Shown here in pieces: positions 23,483 to 33,525 of a stretch of 64,000 nt of DNA. The first letter of the stretch is position 1; every line of letters starts with the position of its first letter. The position numbers and the translations under genes were made by a program. The DNA is from Neoechinorhynchus agilis. Lineage: Eukaryota > Animalia > Acanthocephala. Below the pieces are notes generated by a model that was not told the DNA's origin, made no database searches, and saw only the letters and a program-made list of their open reading frames with translations. The stretch spans positions 8,968,784 to 9,032,783 of the forward strand of contig CM121341.1 in assembly GCA_051530055.1 (NCBI GenBank). Reading direction: 5' to 3'.

Positions 23483-25594
23483 TCAAGCAATCGCCTTTGG
23501 TTCCTTCTTCACGTTAATTGTCTCAATAGTAAGCTGAGAAATGATTTCCATTATTGATCGACGGCAAACCCGATCATTGCATTGGACATGAATACGGCCT
23601 TCACTTACGGTGACTGAGCATTCATTTACACCGTCTTCTTTATTTCCAATCACAACCTCCTCATTCAGTACTCGACAAACAATGCAATTCAATAATAAAT
23701 GTTCGTCTTTTAAACGAGCTTGAATCGCTTTTCCCAATCGTGCAGCGCTAAGGTTACACAAAGCACTTCTTGGGAAATGAAGAGCAGTTGGCACAGTTCG
23801 TTTATTGCCTTTGCATGAAATGAGTTTCCATGGAAGTGATTTGCTTTCGTCGTTGATTACAAGCTGTCCTTTTACGTATCCCCCGCAAATTATTTTGTTC
23901 ATCAAATTCGCTGCATGGATTGGGTAGATCGAGATGGTGGAGGATAAGGATTTGTCAATTTCGACATGAATAAATCGTTCGGTTTCAGAGAAGACATTTA
24001 TCCTTTCATCGACTGATCCATAGAATCTAAAGTGGCATTTGGACAAACTGGATATGCATCCTTGTCTTCTAATTACTTCAACTATTTCTTGCTTGTAATC
24101 ATTAGGAAAAATCAGAGTATCAATGCGTTTTAATTTGGAAAGAATATCTACCAATTCGCTCAAAGTCAGCTCAAAGTCTAAAGGATTCTTGACGAATTTG
24201 AGACTCATTGGTTTTTGGCAAGAAATCCAGAACGACGCCAATAGGATTTTTTACCCTAAGCGCATTAATAGCAGCGTCCACGCTTTCGCCGCAGTGTTCA
24301 GGTTCAACGGCAATTAAGGTACTCTTTGTGTCGTGTTTCCATAGTTCAATGAAGTTTAAAACATCTCCGAACTGAATTGAAGGATGGTTGCACAGGATCA
24401 CGGATCCGGTTCCTCCGCGTAGATCATCAAGAATCTGTGATCGAGTCGAGTCGTTTGTGAGAGAAGTTGAAAACGTTTTGTGAGCATGGACAGTATTGTT
24501 GGCCATTAGATCGCTGAATATCAGTGGTGGTGTCGGTATAAGAGTTAAGTCCGCTCTATCGTCACATAACCATTCCACATAAATCTGGGAACGTTCAAGA
24601 GTTTCACTGATTCCAGCTGATATACAGGTTATACGGGGTCGACCGCTGTCCAATATCGGCGGGATATTCGGGATTATAGCTTCGATGAGTTCAAATATAA
24701 GGCCGAAACAATTAACGGGAATTATGACGTTGCCTCCACTGCTGATCGCCTGGGAAACATCCTTAGAACCGGTTGGCACATCTTTTTACTACTCTAGAGA
24801 AATGGTCGTTAAGTTTGATATTTTCAAAGGAAACCTATTAAATACTCTCTCTTTTTTTTGTTAAATATGCCAACCGGCGCTTCCTACATAGACCGATAAG
24901 TGAATCTCTGTTGTTATATTCGGTCTTGACATTGACGCTCGATACCAAAACAGCAGTTGGACAATTTGGATGCAGTGTCGAGAAGTGAAACGGAGCCGGA
25001 ATTCTACTTCTCACAGAAGAGGTTGACATGTAGAACAGTTGACCGTGCTGAGGATGGTAGATAATCCAGTTACTCAGTATGCGATCTTCTTTTTTTATAA
25101 AAACCCTTAAGATCGCATCATTGCATACTTGCTCCGATCCATATTCCAGCACTCGTGGCACTTATAACAAGCCCATTCCTAAAGATCTTCCTTTCTCCAA
25201 ATCCAATAATCTTGATTTTCTTAAGATAGTTGTTGAAGTCGGTTAAAAGTCGAGAACTGGATTTAAGTTCTAGCGAGAAGAAGACTTCTTCAGCTAAACA
25301 TCGGGCAAAATCTCTTGTTGGCAGAGTGCAAAACAAATCAGTATCTTCGGGAATTTGATTAAAGATCTTAAATAGTCCTAAAACACTGTATGAGTTTGAT
25401 AATAGCACTGTATCCAGTAAATCTAGCTCATCTTTTCTACTGCTGTCGAGGATTTCTTCATAGGGAAAGTCGTCAATGGACCTGTCGATTTGTCTCTTTA
25501 AGCACAAAGGATGATCCAATAGGATTGTATGGTCTTCAATGGACAAAATGAACATTGGATGTTCAGAAATGCATGAAACATTCGATAATCGCAT
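23483..25594 (-). CDS. INTS9: Integrator complex subunit 9 (inactive MBL/beta-CASP fold)
   Basis: DTVLLSNSY, FCTLPTRDFARCLAEE, SAGIWIGASNWII, GGNVIIPV..GLIFELIE, SQIYVEWLC, HPSIQFGDVLNFIELW..STLIAVEP match recalled INTS9 blocks in order. Three interruptions are best modelled as non-GT-AG introns (see findings). Confidence 0.92.
24204..24255 (-). other. Putative non-canonical intron (52 nt, exon AG|GG...TGAG)
   Basis: Removal gives in-frame AINAL-SLKFVKNPLD, the same length as the recalled human block; AG direct repeat; ATTGG/CCAAT stem. Confidence 0.55.
24762..24879 (-). other. Putative non-canonical intron (118 nt, exon AAG|CG...TAAG)
   Basis: Removal gives DSLIGLCRK-DVSQAISSGGNV; AAG direct repeat; perfect 10-bp inverted repeat CCGGTTGGCA/TGCCAACCGG near the ends. 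Confidence 0.6.
25073..25127 (-). other. Putative non-canonical intron (55 nt, exon AG|TA...TGAG)
   Basis: Removal restores GASNWII; AGT direct repeat; perfect 10-bp inverted repeat ATGCGATCTT/AAGATCGCAT. Confidence 0.6.
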
Positions 25595-26229
25595 CCGATC
25601 AAAGTTATTGCTGTAACCAGTCTTAAATGTGAAAAAAAACTTATTGCATAGATTAAAATCTCATACAAAAAAATAGATTAGCATACGTCATACTTTTCCA
25701 CGTATAGATAATCATTGAAAAAAATGTAGCCGTCGGCCACAATAAGAAGTTACAGAAGAAATCAAAGTCGTAAAAAACGATCAAAGGTGTTTCCACGTCA
25801 CGAGTGGAGGGAACAATTTAAGGTTAAACATTTTTGTATACTCAAATTTTAAAAGGTATTTATTGATAGCCGTCTAAAAGTTCGCCCTCTTGTCTTGAAG
25901 GACATCGGAGCCACATTTGATTTATCTTTTTTTCTTGCTTTTGGTTACACCTCCAATTATAAAATATCATTGTCTAGACTCACACCGACCAATCAGAAGA
26001 ATTTTCTTAAAAAGCAAAGAAATGCTCTCCAATCGTACGATGGAGAATATTTATTATCGTTGCTAACGTTAGAACTTCGTTTTTTTCTTTTATTAAAGAA
26101 ACGAAACCATTATGTTGGGCTCGAGTCTATCGCCCCGAAAAACCTTTTAAACTTATTTTTCAAGGAACTAAAAACGAAATCTTTTTAATTCTATTGCACA
26201 ACGCGGCCTCCTACGCATCGATATTATGA

Positions 26230-27005
26230 GCGAAACACCCACGAAATCAAGGAGTAAAGCTTTCGACTCTTTTTTGAGGTTCCGAGACCATTGGAACTTT
26301 AGATTGCGAAATTATTGCTCATCTCGAAAGAGGTGAAAAAAGTGGCGACCGACGCGTTATTGTGCTTAACCAAACGCCGTTGCTGAGCGATTGCGGAGTC
26401 CATTTTATCGTCGAGCCATTACAAATCCATACTCCCCGCCGAAGTAAACGCAATGCTCTTAGGCCCAATATCGTAGAACCGAGCAATCTTTGCCGGCTCA
26501 ATGGCCTAGACCGAACGGTATCACTGGACCGCTTAATCGATTGATGTTATCCAATTTAGTTTATTCTTATAAAATTAGTGGATTCGCTCCCAGCCAATAA
26601 CATACAATTCGTCGCTGTTAAATCGGCGAGAGCCGCAACCGCTGATTAGAATTGCAAAAGGACCTCAGTGGAAATCATTATTTCGTTTCCTTTGGCGTCG
26701 AGACTCGGGTCGTTTTTTTTACCGTGGCGCAAGACCTGGTCATTCAATTGTCCAAGAGATTGAGACGAATCACTGGCGATCCGAGGGCAGGATAGTTCTT
26801 GCAAAACATAAAATTGTTTTCAGATTTGTGATAACTGCCATAGTTCTTGAGTTATTCGTTTTTCGATTTTTCGACAAACAACCATGCATATCGATATCAA
26901 AACATCGATCAATTTCAAATCAAATTGCCTTATCTGGATTAAATTTTAAAGCTGCTGTCACCCGCATGTTTACCTATTGGATTCCAAAAAAGTTACCAGA
27001 ATTTA
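26230..27005 (+). mobile_element. Highly decayed CRE-derived segment; 26400-27005 is directly repeated at 44512-45117
   Basis: Remnants EPSNLCRLNG, FGVETR, SKRLRRITGDPRAG*FLQN; near-identical ~605-bp copy at 44512-45117. Confidence 0.8.
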
Positions 27006-27744
27006 TAGTTCCTCCTGTAAAAAAATGAGCTGGGCTGTGCATCGATTTTTTCTCTTGCTGTCAAATTTTGATGATTGGATAAATTAATCACTACGACGAC
27101 AGAGAATTTAATTTTCATTTTAAGAAATTATTCATTGCTTGTATCCGCAATGCCAATATCGTGCAAATAAATTATAACGATTTCATCGGACCCAATTGAG
27201 GAAGTCTTTGTGCTATTTCTAAACTTAACAAAATTGTACTCGAAAAAGTTTCAGCTGGACGTTTGAGTCCATAACAAATTCCTCTTATCAGAAATTAAAA
27301 AACTAACGCAAGTTGCGTTAATTCGATATCAATGCAATAAAAGTAATTCAGTTGATTTAGTGCATTCGTCCACGTTTAAAAGTCGATTCCTTGGAAATTA
27401 ATTAGCAAGCGTTGAGGAGTTTCATTTGCTTAAATGCTAAACGTCTACGCTGGTGATTAATAAAATGTTGTTGTTGATATTTCTCATTGCATGTTTCTAC
27501 ACTCAAACTTTATTGATAACGATAATCGATTGAACGAATACTTCAAATTGATTTTAAGCAAGAATTCTGCTTATTGTAATATTATTGATTTTAAGAAATC
27601 AGTGAAAACACTACATCGGGTTGCTCTGCTAAAAATTTAAATTTCTTTTCTCCAAATGAAAAAATCAAATCTTTTTTATATTCTAAATAATAAGTTGTGT
27701 AAATATAATAACTATAAAATATGATGAACTTTGGGTACTAGAAT

Positions 27745-29223
27745 TCAGCGTCTAACCATTTTTATAACCGTTGGTTGACCGCCAAACCCACCGTTCTGCG
27801 AATGGCGCTTTACGGCTACAGTTGGACCTGCATTATAAGGTGGATTCATGCCAGCCATAAAGTTCGGTGCCATATTGGTTCTTATTGGCGATGGTTGCAT
27901 CATTGCCGGTGTCATCGAAATATAGGCATTATTCGTGGCCATTTGAGTTGTATTGTTCCTAATTGTTGGGGGAGTTTGATTAAAATTCGTCGACGGATAA
28001 TCATAGCCAGAAAAAATTTGACCTTGGAACCTGTATCCAGCCTGTGATGGAGGCGATGCCATCGGTCCTGCGGCTGTCGGGGCACCAGTTGATGGATACA
28101 TCGCCGGCGATGCTCCATTGTTCATATTATTAATGCAATATTGAGAATATGGAGCTGTTTGCAAAGTTGGTTGCGTATTGAAGTATCCGGGATATCTGTA
28201 TGCGTTCGTCTGGATTGCCGTGTTCGGAATTCGAATCGGTGGTCGGTTGTAGAAGAACGTTCTCGGCCTTTGAGGTACCATCGCATTTTGATGTGAAACG
28301 TCATTGTTCATGGCCATCGAATAGTATTTTTGAGATTCCGGAGGACTTGCTATGGCCACTCTCGGCATCTGAACTTGACTCACACTTTCGGATTGTGACT
28401 CTCCATTAAAACTCATCCCAGTCTCCATTATTTGATCGGAAAATCCATGGGAATAATTCGGTTCATATCCATAGTCAAGATGATCCTCCTTGTTCGATCG
28501 AAGATAAGTGCCCGGCGGTGGAGCTGTCAAACGGACATCGTCATTTGAACGGTGAACCTTTGACGAATTCGAACTTGCGTGATCAGTATCGATTCGCCGT
28601 TTATTATTTCTTGACTGCGACTTGGTGCCTCGCTGACTTTCCATTTTAATTTCCGGGGACTTTCTAACTGTGTTTGGAGAAACAGAAAATTCTTCATTTA
28701 GATTTGAATTAAAGAGTTTATCTTCTGTCGTTCTTTCTTCAGGTAGCTGATTTTCTGGAACAGGTATTGTTTTCATTTGTGCCATTTTAGTTTGGTTTGT
28801 TTTCTTCGACGATTTTTTGTCTTCTTTATTTTTTAGCTTCACTTTTGAAACCGCCTTCAGCTTTTCATTGTTATTATTTTTCTCATTATTTGCCTTTTCT
28901 GATTTCAGTGAATTTCTTCTATTCTTTGTGTTAGATTTTTTCTTATTATTCGCTGATGCGATTTGTTCACATAGCTCCTCTATTAAACAATGGAGAGATT
29001 CGTTGTTCGGATTGATTTTAATGGCGTCAACGAAACCTTCAATCATGAGTTCTTGTACGTCATTGGCTGAAATATCTCGTTGTACGATCTCGCGAATTAG
29101 TTTTTCTGCAATTTCCTCATTTTTTACTCTATTCTTTTCGTCGACGTAAATCCGTATTGTTGCAAATAGTTCCCGTAATGAAGCCGTTTTAAAGGCTGCT
29201 TCGTTGTAAGTTATGGTTGACAT
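27745..29223 (-). CDS. Orphan 492-aa intronless protein: helical N-terminus, Lys-rich middle, P/Q/N/Y/M-rich low-complexity C-terminus
   Basis: Uninterrupted long ORF (first ATG at 29223) in AT-rich DNA; no family recognised. Confidence 0.75.
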   Translation of the reverse strand: MSTITYNEAAFKTASLRELFATIRIYVDEKNRVKNEEIAEKLIREIVQRDISANDVQELMIEGFVDAIKINPNNESLHCLIEELCEQIASANNKKKSNTKNRRNSLKSEKANNEKNNNNEKLKAVSKVKLKNKEDKKSSKKTNQTKMAQMKTIPVPENQLPEERTTEDKLFNSNLNEEFSVSPNTVRKSPEIKMESQRGTKSQSRNNKRRIDTDHASSNSSKVHRSNDDVRLTAPPPGTYLRSNKEDHLDYGYEPNYSHGFSDQIMETGMSFNGESQSESVSQVQMPRVAIASPPESQKYYSMAMNNDVSHQNAMVPQRPRTFFYNRPPIRIPNTAIQTNAYRYPGYFNTQPTLQTAPYSQYCINNMNNGASPAMYPSTGAPTAAGPMASPPSQAGYRFQGQIFSGYDYPSTNFNQTPPTIRNNTTQMATNNAYISMTPAMMQPSPIRTNMAPNFMAGMNPPYNAGPTVAVKRHSQNGGFGGQPTVIKMVRR

Positions 29224-30647
29224 TTCTAATTTAAGAATGAACACTTTATTCTATGAGATCTCAAACCAATAGACCTTTCCTAAAAGAGATCGATGTTGGT
29301 TCTGAGAAAATTACACGCTTTCTCATAAACGTGTTATTAATTACAGGTTTTGGCAAATATTTACCACGCAAATCGGTTGTTGATCATTTATGAACGCCGA
29401 TTGATGCTTATTAATTACTTGCCGATTTATTTCGTAGTCTTTAATGGCCCATTACCGCCGGCTTTATGCATCGACGTCTTCTTTGATTGGCTTAAATCGA
29501 ATAACGTAAGATTCTGATTCGGTTTGACATTAATTATTTTTCTTATCTGATTTGATTCTTCATTAATACATCTTTATTATCATTAACCGATCGATAAAAT
29601 CGCATATGCCATCTCTTTTTATAATCAAATAATTAGTGACAAAGTAAATGGTCGATGCTAAGTGAAAAACAATTTGATTATTTAAACGTCTTAAATTCCA
29701 AATAAGCATAAATGTCGATATTTTTAATCACATTGAAAATTAAGTACGGGTTGATTTTTATCGAAGATTTTCTTCTCGGACTTTTGAACTGCGAAATTGC
29801 GGCGTTTTAAAATCGAGAACATGGTGACTATTCGTGAATTTGCTCTTTAAATTATAACAGAAAATAGTTATGGTTCACAAAAACAAAAATCATATTAACT
29901 AAATTGAGTTTTTAACTTTGCCGAAACCGAATTCTCCGCTACATTTTCCTTTGAAGTAAACTTGTTCAACAAAATATCAATATTTTAACATTGAAGTTGT
30001 AATTCGAACGAGAGACGACGAAGAACGAAACGGCGATAAATTATTATTTTTCAGAGATAATTTGAAGATATTCAATGAACCGTACGCCCAAGTGAAATCA
30101 TTAAATGTGTTTTTTTTCGAAATACCGAGTTTTACTAAACAGAAAGCGATACTTCCAAATTATATTTGCACCAGTGATTTCTTTAGAAACTCTTGAATGG
30201 TGTTATCTGAACGCTTTGATTATTGACAAAATTAAACGATTAATTGTAAATTTTATTCATCTTAAACATGGGAAAAATACGAAGTATTATTTTTTTCTAT
30301 CCAATTGTTCCTTGGAGTGGTTGTGTATTCTCAATGGCGAATTGTTGCACACTCGAGTTTTATTAATGAACTCTTCATTGCGAATTTTCAAAACCTCAGC
30401 CGCCTTCTCAAGCATTGCTTGTAAGTTTTTTGCATATTTTGAATTAATAAAGCTCGAAAAGTGTAACAATTCACCATTGAGAATATTTTTTTGTCGAAAA
30501 AATTGCTGAAACTTACGAGCGCATTGTAAGGTCTAAAATTTTTTTAGACAATTTTGCATTTGCGTTAAAAACTAAGCTTTCTGAATAATCCGAAAAATTG
30601 AATCACGTTTCCTTCGCCTAAGACGCAGACGTTTTCTTCTTTTACTC

Positions 30648-32637
30648 ATGTTAACAACGAAATACGGTGAAGATGAAGGAAAGAAGTTAGAATTGTTTTT
30701 TTTGATCAATAAAAAAACGATGAATTTTAAACAGGTAAATTTATTGGAACTGTGTGCTCGTACAGAATGTTAATCACGATTTTGTCTTTGGCTAATGTCT
30801 CCATAATGTACGCAGAAAAAAACGGCTTTTTCGCTGCCTTAAATTATATGCGATGTAAAAGCAACGAGACAGCAAATCAAACTACGAATGATACAAAGGT
30901 ACTTCAAGAAAAAGACGATCGCTAACATGAAATTTTAATCAGGCTTTTACGTGTTATGAGTGGTCCAATAGTGTCCGATCGACGCTTATTGGCATGGTAT
31001 TTATCGGATACGCAATATCACAAATATTCTCAGGATGGATTACTAAGAAAGTTGGGATCAGAGTGACGATTGTTACAACTCAAACAGTCGTCTTTGTCAC
31101 TACTTTCATAATTCCATTTGCGGCTCAGGCGTCGTGGATATTTCTGGCCATCGTTAGATTTATTACCGGATTTGCACAGGTTCACAGTTCAAATCGATTT
31201 TTTTTGTGAAAATAGTCCTTTTCCAAAAACAGGGATTTATATGGCCATTCGCTATGATGATGGTTTCTTATTGGTCGCCTGAAGATGAAAGAAGTATACA
31301 TCTCAGCATTATTAGTGCTGGTTCGATTTTAAAGGATTTTGCATTTACACAAATCATTTTTTTACAAGGTTCAACCGTCGGACCATTTTTAGCCGTACTT
31401 TTATCGGGTCCACTGTGCAGCATAAATACACCTACAGCAAATCTCGATTATCTCGTCCAAGGATACTCAATATACTTTTACGTTTTATGTAAGTTAAATA
31501 TTTTTAAAATTTTGCGCCTAATTTTCAGCCATAGCAATATTGGGCCTGATTATTATTGTGCTCGATTTAATTCTCCTTTCAAGTGATCCACAAACAAATC
31601 GATTTATCTCTCTAGAAGAGATAATGTACATAACCTCAAATAAGATCGGTCGTCCGACTCATGAAAACAAAAAACTGGTAAACTTTCAATCGAAGTTCTG
31701 AGGTCACATGCCAGCACTTTAATTTTTAGACCGTTCCATATAAGAAGATTATCCTTTCCCGATCATTCCTGGGGTTTCTAGCCGGAATAGTTTTCTCTGA
31801 TGTCGGTCTATATGCTACTTGGACAATTATTCCAGACTATATCAGTGAATCGTTTGAGTCGACTCCAACGACGGTAAAAAAATAGCACTAGAAAAATGCT
31901 TAACCTCTGTATCACTTTTCTTAAGCTTTCCATTGTAACATCGATTCCCTATATCACTAATCTCATTGCCATAATTTCATCTGGAAGTTTGGCAGCTTTT
32001 CTTATAAACAGAGGATGGCTCAGTAGAACTGCGGCCACAAAGATATTCCTGACGATTGGTTGGTTTTAAGTAGTATTTAAAACGATTAAGCGTTCTAATA
32101 ACAGGATGTGTTGGTGCCGCGGTTTGCTTAATCCCGATGCCATATTTAAAACGAGATCAAATCGTTCTTGCAGGATTATGTCTATCGATTGGTTTCGGAT
32201 CACAGTAATAAACATTCGGCCCATTAAGCTCCATTATTCATTATCGAATATTTAGCGGTCTAATAATCGGAGGTGGATATCCATTGAATGTTAGCGACTT
32301 TGCTGGTGTGTTTTCCGGGGTGGTATTCACGCTCGGAAATGTAATTTCCAATGTCGTTGGGACGGTTCTGAATTTCTTGGTCGACTTAATCAAAGATGCA
32401 GCTGTAAGCAGCGAAAAAATCTTTTAGAAATATGGCGAAAATGTTTAGCAAGGAGAAAAAAGTGGATGGCAAAACGTTCTATTGTCATTCTGTGGCATTT
32501 ATCTTTTAAGCGCACTTTTATTCGATCTGCTTGCTAGCGGAAAGCTACAAAGCTGGGCATACATAGAAGATGAAGATTTGGAAACTGAGCCAATGAATTT
32601 AAACGATAGCATCCAATTGGATGATAAATTAAACTAA
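30648..32637 (+). CDS. SLC17 (sialin/VGLUT/NaPi-like) MFS transporter, 11 exons
   Basis: Ten GT-AG introns of ~44-70 nt give a continuous frame with RFITGFAQG, W.P.DERS, SAGSTVG and C-terminal ASGKLQSWA, all SLC17-type motifs. Confidence 0.88.
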
Positions 32638-33525
32638 AAAGACTTAATGTCAATCAACTGTGTTTTTGATGAGAGTTGAATTTATTAAACTTGAAAATTC
32701 AAGCAGTGCATTTTGCGGTATTCGGTCTTTTCTAATATAGAATTATTAAAAATCGCGCAAATCAACATTCGTGTTATATTTCATTTAGCTCTTGATCTTA
32801 ACTTTTATGTGTAAAAATGCTAACAAGCTGTTTTTTCTTCAAGTGATTTTAGAATTTTAATTCGTAAGAAGAACATCTCTATTAACGATTACGTTTAAAA
32901 AATTTAATAAAAGTTTATTTGAAAGTAGTTCCATTCGTAGCAAACGTATTTCTTTTTCCGATTTACTTTAATTTTGAATAATTCAACTACCAACAAAAAC
33001 TGTTAATACGTTAAAAGATATTTCTAGCGAACTTTAATCGATTATTTTACACTGAAAGCCGCATGTCCATTTTCGGCAATAAAAAATGCGCTTCGTCATT
33101 TGAAAAACAAGTCAAATCATCGCTAGTGACCTATTGAAAACGCGATATGGATGAAGGAACTGAATTTCAAGAAGATATCGATTAACTGTGTGCCCAGCCA
33201 ATGAAATTATCAGTTTAAGGCGAACAAATTTTTTAATTTAAAAAGTGCCGATCGTTTTTAGAGAGAGAGAGAAAACAACCAATGAGATTAAGAGCCGTCA
33301 AAAAAAGAGAATGTAACCGGCCAACCAGACTTCAAAAGATACTAAAGAGGCGCTGGAGTATGCTCCAGGTAGAAGATTCGAATGATTTCATCGAGAGTTT
33401 TAATTGGACAGGATTGCCGTACGCTCTAAAATATCCATTCCATTTTCACCCCGCTTCGAAATTCTTCCAAATATAATTGTTATTTTTTTTCGTAAATTCC
33501 GTAGATGAACGGTTAAAAGCCATCA

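Larger units (their letters stand above)
26753..33166. repeat. Right arm of the inverted duplication
   Basis: Reverse complement of 14516-20710, plus 213 bp absent from the left arm. Confidence 0.97.
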
